Counted from the first letter of the stretch, positions 17,524-28,455 are shown. The stretch: DNA of 64,000 nt from an uncultured Candidatus Saccharibacteria bacterium (GCA_964651115.1 CAZYXJ010000001.1:380243-444242), one strand, 5' to 3'. Numbers and translations: made by a program. Notes: generated by a model not told the origin, from the letters alone.

Positions 17524-20500
17524 ATGAAACTCGGATCAAATATAAAAAAAGCTAGCTCCGGAATGATATTTATTTGGATAATTTCCTGTTTGATTTTTGT
17601 GCCCATAATGGCCGCGGCTCAAAATAAGACCAGTGTTGACCAGCGACGTCAGCAAGATAGCCAAATTTGCCAAGCGGAAGCAGAGAATAACAGAAACTTT
17701 AACTCACTCCCTGGGGGACGTAAGCTGGCTGATTCTTTGGCCCTAGGACTAGCCGAAGGTTTTAATACGGTTTTGAAAAATACCCTAGAGACCAAGGTTC
17801 CCGCCATCATGTCGAGGCAGATCAGCCAAAAATTACCTGCTCTCATAAACGGAAACCTCCAGCGCCAACTTGCCCCCGCCATCAACAATCAAATTAGAAC
17901 AATGAGAAGCCGGGGGCTTTCTGACATTCAAATAAAACAAGAGTTGCAATCAATCATCGCTCAGGCAATTGAGGCCATCGTATCTGAAACAATCAACGCC
18001 CACGCGGGAACACTAACTCAGCAAGGGATCCAAACTGCTTTGCCACAAGAGCTAGCACGCCAAATGGGTGATCAAGTGCCAAGTATTTTGGAAGCTAGTG
18101 GATTTAATCGCCAGACTCAAGAGATGGTCGATCAACTAGTAAATCCAATTAACCAGCTTTTGCCCCTCGTTATCCAATTAATGACTCAGGTTCAAAATGT
18201 TGGCGACGTTCAACAAATTATTCAACAAATTTTCGCCCAAGCGGTACAAAAAATTATTACAGATGCAATAAGTAGCAAGAACCCAGAAATCGGCCCCCTA
18301 CTTGGATCAGAAATCACTATCTCCGACGCCGATCGTAAATTAATCGCGGAAAAAATTTCAACCGGAGTCGCCAGCACCACTCAGCAAACCCTTTATAAAT
18401 CAAGGAATTTAGTTAACCTGTCCAATGAAGTATCCCGACGCTATGCCTCACAACTGACCCCCTTATTAATCTCTCAACTCACCCCCCAAATATCTCAAGC
18501 CTTTAGAAATGGCCCCACCGGATCCTCATTAAACAACTCAATTAACAACATTCTAACGGGACCAGGGTTCGACTTGTCGCGCGGCATGTCTGGGGATTTT
18601 CTAATGCCGATAATGAACTCAATCGAAAAACCCCTGGCCGACGTTGTTCAAACCCAAGTAGCGTCGTGGACAAACAGCCTCCAAAGTCTTGAGCAAACAA
18701 ATCCTGCTTTGTTCGAAAGTTTAACTTTCGAACAATCCGATCTTTTGGGTGAATCGGCAACACTAGATGCGGAATTTGCTGATCGAGGAATGGGCGGTAG
18801 TTATGGTGGCGTAGAAAATGGCAACCAAGCGGCGGCCGAGGCTACAGTAACCGACCCGGAATTTGCTGATCGAGGAGTAGGTAATGTGGCCGCGGTAAGC
18901 GACGAAGCTGCTCAGGCCGTTAAAGGCAACGGATCAGAAATAACTTCAAACGCCCTAAGCGGAATGGGTTCAAAAATAAGTGATGCTTTTAAGGGTAGTC
19001 TCGCTAACGGTTTGGCGGGGGGTCTAGCTGGTCTGGTGGATAATGTGCCAGTGGTTGGTGGGCTACTCTCTGGTGTTGTTCGCCAAGTCACCCTACAAGC
19101 CATGCAACAAGTATTGGGGGTCGGTGTGGGTGCTGGAGTAGGCGGAGGAGCCACTGGTGGCGGTGGCGGTGGAATCCAGGGCGAAGCTAAAACCGGTTTA
19201 AAACTTGGCACGACTGTAGGCATACTACCCGTTAGTAGTCATCAATTTGCTGGCATGAGCCTGCTTCTCGACGCCATCTTTAACTTCTTGCACTTAGGAC
19301 TTACGGCCTCCAATGTAAACACCGGCGGTATTTTGGGTAACACTTCAACCAGCAATCAAAACGAAAAACAACAAATAACCATCGGTCAAGAAACTCAAGC
19401 TCTAGTAACCCAAATGTGCACTCTAGAAAAGCAGCTCAAAGGATCTCTTTACAACATGGAGGACGTTTTAACTAAACACAACCCAAACGCCAACAAATCA
19501 TCGCTCTTAAAACTCGTTGGAATGCTCAAAGGAGGGACAACCTACTTCTCCCAGTATTACGATGATGGTAGCAAAGGAGGAGTGGCCGCGGGCGACGGGA
19601 CCACTACGCGCAGTGGTCAATCGGGAGTGGCCCAGTTAGATAAAAACATCAAACAGGCCGGGCAAGATGAGAGCAACCTAGTCTTAACCACTGCCCAAAC
19701 CAGCCAAAATCCCCTGACCCAGGAGGCGATAGAACTATACCGCAGCAGTCGCGCGGATGAAAACGTCTTTGCTAGTTGGATCGCGCCCGAAGATTGTTCC
19801 AAGCTAAATAACCCAGGGTCACTTTCTTCTCAAGAAGCGTCTGACCTGGCGGTCGAATGTTCTAAACCAGCCAATAACAAGTTCGGACTGTTTACTCAAG
19901 TGAGACAGGGCGCCCTATCGGCGGAGGCGCGAGGCCAAGAAGATGCCCAAACCAAGTTTGTCGCCTATAGCGGAGTCAACGAAAAGAGATACTGCTCCGG
20001 AGGCTGGACCACCGACCCACTTGAAGCCGATCTGAGCGATTTAACACTACCTGGCGAAAACGGTGACATCCTTGGACAAACGCCAATTGGCGCACCACGG
20101 CAATATTGTAAAGAATGGACAACTCTAACCCCCGGATCAATCAACTATCTGTACATGTTTGAATTAATCGCTTCGATAATAAGAAAAATCGGCTCGGCTG
20201 ATTCCGTGGGAGAAGATGTGGCCAATAACTATGCGGTAGTACCAGAACGAATAGTGCAAAACCTGTCCACCAAACCAGAGGAGCAATTGTTTGACCCAAA
20301 TGATGATCCCTGCCCGGGAACAGATCCCTGCCCGGGAACTGGTTGGAATAAAAAACAGGTTTCTGAAGGATCAGCCCTGGAAGAGGCCTTCTCTCAAGGA
20401 CTCGATGAAGGTCTAGCAAACACCGTAGATAATCTTTCTAATGTTTTTGACACTATCAGCTACGACGCAATTAATTCTCCCACTAGTGGCACTGTTTTCC

Positions 20501-20880
20501 CCGCCAACCCCCTTGACTTCTCTCTACCCGCCATCGACTTTAACCAACTATTTCAAAATCAGTTGGCGGTGCAGCCGGCTTTGGCCGCCCCCGGCATCAG
20601 CATTCAACAAGCCACTACCGACAGCACCCCCGGCATTAAACAATCGAGAGTCTCGTGGAAGACCACCGGCGCCGTAACTTGTTTTGCCTCCACGGATTGG
20701 CTAAGCGGCACTTGGCCCGGCGACATTAGCACCACCACCGCTGGCAGTCTACTGGAGACGGTGGGGGAAATAACCCTCAACTACCCAGCCACCACCACAA
20801 CAGACCTGACTTACGGCTTAAACTGCTATAACTCCCAAGGCGTGAGCAGTCAGACGGAAGTTAAAGTAACCAATGAATAA
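17524..20880 (+). CDS. Large secreted hypothetical protein (1118 aa) in the T4SS-like locus
   Basis: Signal peptide, Q-rich helical region, glycine-zipper segment, Cys-containing region, Ig-like C-terminus. Confidence 0.7.
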   Translation: MKLGSNIKKASSGMIFIWIISCLIFVPIMAAAQNKTSVDQRRQQDSQICQAEAENNRNFNSLPGGRKLADSLALGLAEGFNTVLKNTLETKVPAIMSRQISQKLPALINGNLQRQLAPAINNQIRTMRSRGLSDIQIKQELQSIIAQAIEAIVSETINAHAGTLTQQGIQTALPQELARQMGDQVPSILEASGFNRQTQEMVDQLVNPINQLLPLVIQLMTQVQNVGDVQQIIQQIFAQAVQKIITDAISSKNPEIGPLLGSEITISDADRKLIAEKISTGVASTTQQTLYKSRNLVNLSNEVSRRYASQLTPLLISQLTPQISQAFRNGPTGSSLNNSINNILTGPGFDLSRGMSGDFLMPIMNSIEKPLADVVQTQVASWTNSLQSLEQTNPALFESLTFEQSDLLGESATLDAEFADRGMGGSYGGVENGNQAAAEATVTDPEFADRGVGNVAAVSDEAAQAVKGNGSEITSNALSGMGSKISDAFKGSLANGLAGGLAGLVDNVPVVGGLLSGVVRQVTLQAMQQVLGVGVGAGVGGGATGGGGGGIQGEAKTGLKLGTTVGILPVSSHQFAGMSLLLDAIFNFLHLGLTASNVNTGGILGNTSTSNQNEKQQITIGQETQALVTQMCTLEKQLKGSLYNMEDVLTKHNPNANKSSLLKLVGMLKGGTTYFSQYYDDGSKGGVAAGDGTTTRSGQSGVAQLDKNIKQAGQDESNLVLTTAQTSQNPLTQEAIELYRSSRADENVFASWIAPEDCSKLNNPGSLSSQEASDLAVECSKPANNKFGLFTQVRQGALSAEARGQEDAQTKFVAYSGVNEKRYCSGGWTTDPLEADLSDLTLPGENGDILGQTPIGAPRQYCKEWTTLTPGSINYLYMFELIASIIRKIGSADSVGEDVANNYAVVPERIVQNLSTKPEEQLFDPNDDPCPGTDPCPGTGWNKKQVSEGSALEEAFSQGLDEGLANTVDNLSNVFDTISYDAINSPTSGTVFPANPLDFSLPAIDFNQLFQNQLAVQPALAAPGISIQQATTDSTPGIKQSRVSWKTTGAVTCFASTDWLSGTWPGDISTTTAGSLLETVGEITLNYPATTTTDLTYGLNCYNSQGVSSQTEVKVTNE

Positions 20881-23383
20881 CTGGCTTAAAAACCTATTGC
20901 TTCTTTCCCTCATCCTGCTCAGTACTGGGTGGGGAAGTAAAGCATGGGCAATCAGCGATAGCTATGACAACATAGGCAATCCGACCACGACCCTCGCTGA
21001 AGCAAAAAATGAAAAACCCACTGCCGAGGGTTACTCACCCAAGGCCTGGGCACTAGCAAATCAGCTAGAGAGCGTGGATAATCAAATCAAAACGAACCCT
21101 CCACCAGCCAATCTAGCCGAGCTCTCCTCACTGAAAGAAAATCTGCTTCTGGAATATAGCTGCTACAAAAGTGGCGTCTGCCACGATGGCGCTCCGTGGA
21201 TCCCAATGTCTATTTACGGCACAGATGCAGATGCCTACAATTTCGCTCGTCTGCAAGCCATACAAAGGCATTGGTCCGGAAATTCTGGAATAAACCAATC
21301 CAATACCAAAGCATATGAAGAGGCTCGCCAAGCGATGTCTCGACGCATGGCCGATCTCCAAACCGAGCTGGCCAAGGACCCCGAGAGAAAAGCGCTCGGC
21401 GATGAAGCTTCTAAACAATTCTACAACCAAGACATCAGAAAAGACATCGAGCAGAGGCGCAATTGTGGCCTGTGGAATTGGGGTCCATGTTTTGTTGACG
21501 CCGTAAACTACCTCACTCAAACGATTATCAAACCAGTAGGAGAAAAGCTAGTAAAAGGGGCTAATTATCTGTTTAACGCTTCTTTCCAGTTTTCCGTCCG
21601 AGACTTCTCAACCTACGCCTCCAAACAATCGATTAAAGACGGTTGGACAATTGTACGAGACCTCACTAATATCGGCTTTATTTTCGCTCTACTATATGCC
21701 GCCACCTCGATTATCCTCCAACTGAAAAGCGTTGACGGCAAACGAATGATCGGAATGATCGTCGTCGGAGCACTTTTGGTAAACTTTAGTGCCTTCTTTG
21801 TGGGCATAGTCATTAACGCCAGCAACGTCTTGGCTAATCAAATCTATCTCGCCGCGGCGGGGGATGAACTACTTGATGGAACACCAGATTTGGCCGGTAA
21901 AATAATTAAATACCGAAACACTGTCGGGAACGGCTCTCAAACCACGCTAGCCCCCGATCAAACTTCGACTGACGCTCTATCGGCTTCGATTATGAATGGT
22001 TTAGGCTCCGCAACCCTCGCCATCGTCACCGCCGTCGTGCTATTAGCCGGAGCCCTAATGATGCTTACTCGTTTTTTGAAGCTTCTCCTGGTTATCGTTT
22101 TCTCTCCTATCCTTTTTCTAGGACTAGGTCTTCCACTAGCTCGTTCCTGGGGCGGCGAATGGGTGAAAAAAACTCTGTTCTCAGAAGCCTTCTTCGCCCC
22201 CGCCTACCTACTAATGCTGTTAGTGGCTTCTAAATTTATTGCCGTGGCCGAATTTAATCTTCCGGGCAAACCATCTAGCTTTGTTAACGCCGTTTTCTAT
22301 AATTTTATTACCGTTGGCCTAATGGTTGGGTCACTGCTGATCGCGCAGTTCGTGGGCCATTCTTCCGGTGGTTACGTTGCCAATAAACTTAAGCAGTATG
22401 GGCGCAGTTTAGGCCTGGGCCTAGCTGGAGCTAGCACCTTTGGCGCGGCTGGACGCTTAGGCCGATCAATTATCGGACGGGCGGCCAAAAACGAGCTCGA
22501 AGATCCAAGAACCCTAAATCGGTCTAATCAGCGCGGGGTTAGCGGCTGGCTAGCAAAACAAACTCTTAAGGTGGCCGACTTCGCTTCCAAATCTAGTTTT
22601 GACGCTCGCGGCTTAGATTCAGTTAAAAAATTAGGCCTTGGTGAGGGCCAAAAAGGTGGCTACGTGGGTGACATCAAACGCAAGGCGGAGGCCGCCGGAA
22701 AAATCGCTAAGCTTATAGGCGCTAAAGACAGCGAGGGGAGCGAAGTTAGCGCCAGAGAACAAGCTCGCATCGACGATAAAAAACTCGAAGCACGAACTCG
22801 CGCTGACGAGATCCAGGCGCAAGCCAAATCGGCCCAGGATGCGGCAACCACTAGCGCTCAAGCAGAAATTAACGCCAAAAAAGCTGAACAAGCACGAGAA
22901 ATCGATCGCATCGGTCAAGAAGCTAACGCGCAACTACAAAGTAACGGAGCCAAACCAGAAGAAGTTAAGGCGGAGCGAGAAAGAAAGGAGGAAGAGGTTC
23001 GCCAGCGCATTGAAGCGCAAATTAAGGAAGTCGAACGAAAGCGCGATGAAAGCATTAGCAAAGCTAGTAGCCAAATTAAAGAGGCAGAAAAATTACGCAC
23101 CGCGGCCGAAAAGCTCCAGCCCCGAAAACGTGTCCAAGAACTGGCCGATCAATACGATGACGCCGGCGGAAAAGAGCCTCAATCTTGGTACCGCTTTAAT
23201 CGTTGGCGCGGCAAGGTGACCCGCACGCGCAAAGCTCAAGCCGCCGCCATTCGAGAAAGCGCTAAATCCAAAAAGGAGAAGTACCAAGAGAACTTAGCCA
23301 AGCTTCTAGAAAAAGCAGAGAAAGAAGAAGGGGAGACGAATGCCGAAAAGACGCCCAATGAACCACCTAAACCAACTGCCTAA
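20873..23383 (+). CDS. VirB6/TrbL-like polytopic membrane protein with C-terminal coiled coil
   Basis: GWTIVRDLTNIGFIF...LLVNFS pattern typical of Patescibacteria VirB6-like proteins; multiple TMs; gene context. Confidence 0.65.
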   Translation: MNNWLKNLLLLSLILLSTGWGSKAWAISDSYDNIGNPTTTLAEAKNEKPTAEGYSPKAWALANQLESVDNQIKTNPPPANLAELSSLKENLLLEYSCYKSGVCHDGAPWIPMSIYGTDADAYNFARLQAIQRHWSGNSGINQSNTKAYEEARQAMSRRMADLQTELAKDPERKALGDEASKQFYNQDIRKDIEQRRNCGLWNWGPCFVDAVNYLTQTIIKPVGEKLVKGANYLFNASFQFSVRDFSTYASKQSIKDGWTIVRDLTNIGFIFALLYAATSIILQLKSVDGKRMIGMIVVGALLVNFSAFFVGIVINASNVLANQIYLAAAGDELLDGTPDLAGKIIKYRNTVGNGSQTTLAPDQTSTDALSASIMNGLGSATLAIVTAVVLLAGALMMLTRFLKLLLVIVFSPILFLGLGLPLARSWGGEWVKKTLFSEAFFAPAYLLMLLVASKFIAVAEFNLPGKPSSFVNAVFYNFITVGLMVGSLLIAQFVGHSSGGYVANKLKQYGRSLGLGLAGASTFGAAGRLGRSIIGRAAKNELEDPRTLNRSNQRGVSGWLAKQTLKVADFASKSSFDARGLDSVKKLGLGEGQKGGYVGDIKRKAEAAGKIAKLIGAKDSEGSEVSAREQARIDDKKLEARTRADEIQAQAKSAQDAATTSAQAEINAKKAEQAREIDRIGQEANAQLQSNGAKPEEVKAERERKEEEVRQRIEAQIKEVERKRDESISKASSQIKEAEKLRTAAEKLQPRKRVQELADQYDDAGGKEPQSWYRFNRWRGKVTRTRKAQAAAIRESAKSKKEKYQENLAKLLEKAEKEEGETNAEKTPNEPPKPTA

Positions 23384-23386
23384 TTT

Positions 23387-24166
23387 ATGACAACGCAACC
23401 CTTAACTGATCGCCTAAAAGAACTCCCAGCCGACTGGCAAGCTGACCTCCAGCGGCTCAATTTACCCGAGGTTGTCAAAAAGCTAGCTGCTGATTACAAG
23501 TTATCGCGTGAGCAAGAAGAACAACTAGAAGCCGAAACCGTTCTGGTGGCCATCGGTTTGGAGTTACGAACCGACCTAACCGCTAATCTAACCGCGGCTC
23601 TACACAGTGATTCGGCCGCGATCATCTCAATTAAAGATCGTTTAGAACGAGATGTTTTTAACCCCTTAGCCAAACACCTCGACCAAGCGGAAAAAGAAAT
23701 CAAGGCCGCGGAAGCGGAGGAGCGGGAAAAATACAAACACTTGCCCCTCGAACTCCAAAAAGTAATTCTCGACGCCCGAACCGAAGAGATCTTAGCCGCC
23801 CTTAGCGACAAGTACCAACTCCACATTGACCAAGCTGGTGCCCTGTACGACGTTACCGATCAGGTTTTAATGGGTAAAATTAAGTCCCGGGACTTTGTTG
23901 CCGAACTCGTTCGGACCTCCTCGATGAGTACCGATCTCGCTAGCAAAATAGCCGCGGATCTTAATCAGCAATTATTCCAGCCAGTCCAAAACACTCTCCG
24001 AACACTGGAAAGTCAGCCGCCAACCGTCTTCGAAGCCAAGTTAAAAGGGCTCTGGAGCGGCAATCAAAATCAAAGTTCGAACGAAATTTTGATCAAACCC
24101 CAACCCGCCACTACCGCCACCACACCCACCAAAGTTGCCGATCCCTACTTAGAACCCTTAGAATAA
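23387..24166 (+). CDS. Hypothetical cytoplasmic protein with an internal two-fold repeat
   Basis: Two LP..Q...L..KY.L..Q...L units; C-terminal DPYLEP. Confidence 0.65.
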   Translation: MTTQPLTDRLKELPADWQADLQRLNLPEVVKKLAADYKLSREQEEQLEAETVLVAIGLELRTDLTANLTAALHSDSAAIISIKDRLERDVFNPLAKHLDQAEKEIKAAEAEEREKYKHLPLELQKVILDARTEEILAALSDKYQLHIDQAGALYDVTDQVLMGKIKSRDFVAELVRTSSMSTDLASKIAADLNQQLFQPVQNTLRTLESQPPTVFEAKLKGLWSGNQNQSSNEILIKPQPATTATTPTKVADPYLEPLE

Positions 24167-24170
24167 AGAC

Positions 24171-24572
24171 ATGAACTTCCAAGTACCCCAATTTATCGAG
24201 GTCGAAGACAAAATTTTCGGCCCCTTTACCTTTAAACAATTCGTCTACTTGGCTGGTTCGGCTGGTGCCGCTTTTCTGATTTGGGTTTATATCCCGGTTC
24301 GCTTTGTTGCCTTAATTTTCGTCATTCCGGTTTTGATCTTAGGGCTCTTGCTAACCTTTTACCGAGTTAATAATCGCCCATTTGTTTCTATTTTGGAGGC
24401 CGCGGCCCGCTACGCTCTAACTCACAAACTTTATATCTGGCAAAGATCTAGTGCTCCCACTAAAACTAACGTCACCGCTCCGACGACCTCGGGTTTAAAA
24501 ATTCCCAAACTCTCTGACAGCAAATTAAAAGACCTCTCCTGGAGTCTAGATGTGAAAGAAAAAATCCAGTAA
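24171..24572 (+). CDS. PrgI family protein (VirB3-like)
   Basis: FQVPQFIEVEDKIFGPFTFKQF, two TMs, NNRPF. Confidence 0.85.
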   Translation: MNFQVPQFIEVEDKIFGPFTFKQFVYLAGSAGAAFLIWVYIPVRFVALIFVIPVLILGLLLTFYRVNNRPFVSILEAAARYALTHKLYIWQRSSAPTKTNVTAPTTSGLKIPKLSDSKLKDLSWSLDVKEKIQ

Positions 24573-24592
24573 CAATGGTACACTAATAGGCA

Positions 24593-25240
24593 ATGGCCGC
24601 TGACACTAAAGCCAAAGCTTCGCAAGAATTTATTCCGATTCAAGAAATTCGGGATGGGGTAGTCATCCTTAAAGATGGGGGAATGCGTTTAGGTTTGATC
24701 GTCTCCTCGATTAACTTTGCGCTCAAATCGGCCGACGAACAAACCGCGATTCTGCTCCAGTTCCAAAACTTTCTTAACTCTCTGGATTTTGACATCCAGC
24801 TGTTTGTAGAATCCCGCAAACTAGACATCATGCCTTACCTCACCACCCTAGAGGAAAGATTGGTGGCTCAAACCAACGATTTGATGAAGGTCCAAACTCG
24901 AGAGTACATCGAATTTATCAAAAAATTTACTGAGACCACCGACATTATGTCGAAGAGTTTTTTCGTGATCGTCCCTTTCAATCCTTCAATCATCAGCAAT
25001 GCCAAATCACAAAGTTTAATTGGCCGATTCTGGCCCGGCGGCCAACCATCACCTAGTGCCGAGCAAGACCAGCTTAATAATTTTGAAGAAAATCGAACTC
25101 AATTAGAACAGCGAGCCGCCGTCGTCGCCGGCGGCCTGGGGGCCGCCGGCCTCCGGGTCTCCCAACTCGGCACCGAGGAATTAGTCGAGTTATACTTTAA
25201 GATGTTTAATCCGGGGGAACGCGAAATCCCTTCGATCTAA
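24593..25240 (+). CDS. TraC/VirB4 N-terminal-like protein
   Basis: IRDGVVILKDG...SSINFALKS..EQ...FQNFLNSLDF; lies directly upstream of the VirB4 gene. Confidence 0.7.
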   Translation: MAADTKAKASQEFIPIQEIRDGVVILKDGGMRLGLIVSSINFALKSADEQTAILLQFQNFLNSLDFDIQLFVESRKLDIMPYLTTLEERLVAQTNDLMKVQTREYIEFIKKFTETTDIMSKSFFVIVPFNPSIISNAKSQSLIGRFWPGGQPSPSAEQDQLNNFEENRTQLEQRAAVVAGGLGAAGLRVSQLGTEELVELYFKMFNPGEREIPSI

Positions 25241-25244
25241 ATTT

Positions 25245-27080
25245 ATGTCTTTATTTAATTTCGGCAAAAAAACTGAGGCCGCCCCCACACTGACTCCGAT
25301 TCTGCCTCAAGACATTTATCAATTGGGAGTTTTGCAGCTACGCGACGTCATCGCGCCTTCAGCCCTCAAGGTCACGCCCAAGATGCTCCACCTGGGCGAT
25401 CGATTGGCCCGCACTTTTTACGTTATCTCTTACCCGCGATTCCTGTCTGGCGATTGGTTTGCCCCCATCATCAATCTCGACAAAATTTTTGACATTTCGA
25501 TTCATATCCATCCAATCGATAGCGCCTTGGCTCTGCGTCAACTAGAAAAAAAAGTGGCCGAAGTGCAAAGCCAAATCAGTATGAAGGAGGATCGGGGACT
25601 GGTGCGTGACCCGGTGCTCGACACCGCCTACCAAGACATCGAGGACTTACGCGACAGTCTCCAGCAAGCCCGCGAAAAAATCTTCGACGTCGGTATCTAC
25701 ATCACGATTTACGGTGACGGCGAAGAAGATCTCGACCGAGTCGAAACCGAGGTCAAAGGAATTCTCGACGCCAAACTAGTCTATTTAAAGCCCGCGCTCT
25801 TCCAACAAGCGGAAGGCTTTCGCAGCGTTTTACCCACCGCCACCGACGAATTAAACGTCAATTACAAACTCAACTCTTCACCGCTGTCGAGCGTCTTTCC
25901 CTTTGTCTCTTTTGATCTCACCTCCAACCGCGGCATTCTTTATGGCATCAACCGTCACAATTCCAGTCTCGTGCTCTTTGACCGCTTCTCACTCGAAAAC
26001 TACAACTCAGTGATCTTTGCCAAATCTGGTTCCGGTAAATCTTACGCCACCAAACTAGAAATCTTGCGTAGTTTAATGTTTGATACCGACGTTATCGTCA
26101 TTGACCCCGAGCGCGAATACGAATTCCTTGCCGAAGCCGTGGGGGGACGGTACTTTAACATCTCTCTATCTTCCGAACATCACATTAACCCCTTTGATCT
26201 CCCTTTCCCTCGCGAAGATGAGTCACCGGCCGACGTTCTCCGTTCCCACATCATCAATCTCGTCGGACTCTTTCGCCTAATGCTTGGCGGCCTCACCCCC
26301 GAGGAAGATGCCATTATCGACCGCGCCATTACCGAAACTTACGCCCTCAAAGACATCACGGCCGACATTGACTACACCACCAAGCCGGCGCCCCTGCTCT
26401 CCGACTTGGAATTAGTTCTGGCGGGCATGGAGGGCGGGGAGGGCTTGGCGCAACGCTTGCTCAAATACACCCGCGGCACCTGGTCGGGCTTTATCAACAA
26501 ACCGACCAACGTCGACATCAACAAAAAATTTATTGTTTTCTCCGTCCGCGACATGGAGGATGAGTTAAAGCCCGTGGCGATGTACATCGTGATGCACAAT
26601 ATCTGGAACTCCATCCGACGCAATCTTAAAAAGCGCCTGCTGGTAATCGATGAGGCCTGGTGGATGATGAAGTCCAAAGACACGGCCTCCTTCCTCTTCT
26701 CGCTCGTTAAGCGCGGACGCAAATACTATCTTGGCGTCGCGACAATTACCCAGGATGTCGGCGACTTCTTGCGCTCAGAGTACGGCACGCCAATTATTAC
26801 CAACTCTTCGATCCAACTCTTACTCAAGCAATCACCGGCCTCAATTGACCTCGTCCAGCAGACCTTCCAATTAACTGACGAAGAAAAATATTTACTCCTC
26901 GAATCAGCGGTCGGGGAGGGGATCTTTTTCGCCGGGCTAAAGCACGTGGCGATCAAAATCATTTCGTCTTACACCGAAAATCAAATTATCACTTCTGATC
27001 CGTCAGAGATTCTGGCCATCCGCCAAGCCAAAAAAGATCTAGCGGCCCTAAACAACAATGAAAGCGTCCCCGAAAATTAA
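25245..27080 (+). CDS. VirB4/TraC-like conjugation-type ATPase
   Basis: YGINRHN, Walker A AKSGSGKS, IDPEREY, INPFD, Walker B VIDEAW, RKY..GVATITQ. Confidence 0.88.
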   Translation: MSLFNFGKKTEAAPTLTPILPQDIYQLGVLQLRDVIAPSALKVTPKMLHLGDRLARTFYVISYPRFLSGDWFAPIINLDKIFDISIHIHPIDSALALRQLEKKVAEVQSQISMKEDRGLVRDPVLDTAYQDIEDLRDSLQQAREKIFDVGIYITIYGDGEEDLDRVETEVKGILDAKLVYLKPALFQQAEGFRSVLPTATDELNVNYKLNSSPLSSVFPFVSFDLTSNRGILYGINRHNSSLVLFDRFSLENYNSVIFAKSGSGKSYATKLEILRSLMFDTDVIVIDPEREYEFLAEAVGGRYFNISLSSEHHINPFDLPFPREDESPADVLRSHIINLVGLFRLMLGGLTPEEDAIIDRAITETYALKDITADIDYTTKPAPLLSDLELVLAGMEGGEGLAQRLLKYTRGTWSGFINKPTNVDINKKFIVFSVRDMEDELKPVAMYIVMHNIWNSIRRNLKKRLLVIDEAWWMMKSKDTASFLFSLVKRGRKYYLGVATITQDVGDFLRSEYGTPIITNSSIQLLLKQSPASIDLVQQTFQLTDEEKYLLLESAVGEGIFFAGLKHVAIKIISSYTENQIITSDPSEILAIRQAKKDLAALNNNESVPEN

Positions 27081-27378
27081 TGGTCTAAGCGCCATTGGTT
27101 TAACCGTCGTAGCCTTAGTCTTCGACATCTTAAGTCTCGTTCCTCTCTTAAACATCATTACTGGCTTAGTCGGCTGGTTCATCTTTTCTTTGTGGTTCTT
27201 CTTGCTTGGCTTTGGTTTACTGGAGGGGCGTCGGCTAGTCACTATTATGTCTTCAATGATTATCGAGGTTGTTCCTCTCTTAAGTTGGCTACCCACAATG
27301 ACCATCGGTGTTATCGCGCTCATTCTAATGGTAAACTTAAAGGGTGTCTTACCTCTCCCCAAAGTTAATTCTCGTTAG
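27058..27378 (+). CDS. Small membrane protein
   Basis: Three to four hydrophobic segments; IEVVPLLSWLPT. Confidence 0.65.
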   Translation: MKASPKINGLSAIGLTVVALVFDILSLVPLLNIITGLVGWFIFSLWFFLLGFGLLEGRRLVTIMSSMIIEVVPLLSWLPTMTIGVIALILMVNLKGVLPLPKVNSR

Positions 27379-28087
27379 TCTCGCATTACTTACCTCGAGC
27401 CTAACCGCTAATGCTCAAACCGCCCCCTTGGTTGATCTAATTTGGGAGGCCGATAGCTACTTACCGGCTTTTTACCCTGGACACAGCCGGCCAGCGCCTG
27501 GCAGCACCGTCCGCCTGGCCGCTTTAGCCCAGTTTACTGATCCGGCCACTGGCCGAAGTTTGGGTCCCGACAGTCTCACTTACACTTGGTCCAAAAATGG
27601 CCAAACCATGGGCGGCGTCTCGGGAGTGGGTAAAGATTCCATTATCTTTAGCGCTACCGAACAAGCTATTTTTCGAGTCACGGTGAGCCACTCGGCAAGC
27701 GGCCTAAGCGCGACTAATCAAGTCTCGATTAGTCCTCAACCCGGGCTCATTAAGCTTTATTACGAGGAACCACTCTTGGGCACGGCCCACCATCAACCGG
27801 TCCCGAGCACCTTTGAGATGCCCGAAGGTGAAATTAATTTAAGAGCCGAACCATTTTATTTTTCCCAGAACGCTTATCTCAACAAAAAAATCCAGTTCCA
27901 ATGGACCATCAACGGCGAAAATATTGTTTCTGACCCCGCCGATCCAGGTTTGATTACGATCACCAAGCCAGACACCGGGGTGGGGGAGAATGCTTTTACC
28001 GTCACGGCCAAAAATTTAGCTAACGTCTTGCAAACCGCGACTAATAAATTCACAATTAAGTTCAACAGCAGTAATATTTCTTTTTAA
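27344..28087 (+). CDS. Secreted Ig-like domain protein
   Basis: Signal peptide; WEADSYLPAFY; YTWSKNG and FQWTING beta-sandwich motifs. Confidence 0.65.
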   Translation: MSYLSPKLILVSLALLTSSLTANAQTAPLVDLIWEADSYLPAFYPGHSRPAPGSTVRLAALAQFTDPATGRSLGPDSLTYTWSKNGQTMGGVSGVGKDSIIFSATEQAIFRVTVSHSASGLSATNQVSISPQPGLIKLYYEEPLLGTAHHQPVPSTFEMPEGEINLRAEPFYFSQNAYLNKKIQFQWTINGENIVSDPADPGLITITKPDTGVGENAFTVTAKNLANVLQTATNKFTIKFNSSNISF

Positions 28088-28089
28088 CT

Positions 28090-28452
28090 ATGGATCCTCT
28101 TTACGCCGCTCAAAATACCAAACAAGTCGTGCTCATTCCTAATGCCGTTATCCCGGGCACCGAAAATCCTGAAGACTTCACTGATTTTATAGGCGGCCTC
28201 CTGCCGCAAATAATTACTGTTTTAGTCCTGCTCACGGTCATCTCCCTGGCGTGGTGGGGAATTGGCTACTTCTTAAAAAACATCCCGGGCTTCAAGTCCT
28301 ACGCCAAAACCAGAATTTGGGACATTATTTTAGGCCTAGTCCTAATTTTTGGGGCCTATCTCATTCTCCAAGTAATCAACCCCAACATCAATAACGGCAA
28401 CCTCTTTAACAACTCTTTAAATCAGATCAAGAATTCGAGTCCAGCCAAGTAA
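28090..28452 (+). CDS. Pilin-like protein (TrbC/VirB2-like)
   Basis: Two TMs with AKTRIWDIILGLVLIFGAYLILQVINP, a typical CPR pilin signature. Confidence 0.65.
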   Translation: MDPLYAAQNTKQVVLIPNAVIPGTENPEDFTDFIGGLLPQIITVLVLLTVISLAWWGIGYFLKNIPGFKSYAKTRIWDIILGLVLIFGAYLILQVINPNINNGNLFNNSLNQIKNSSPAK

Positions 28453-28455
28453 ACC

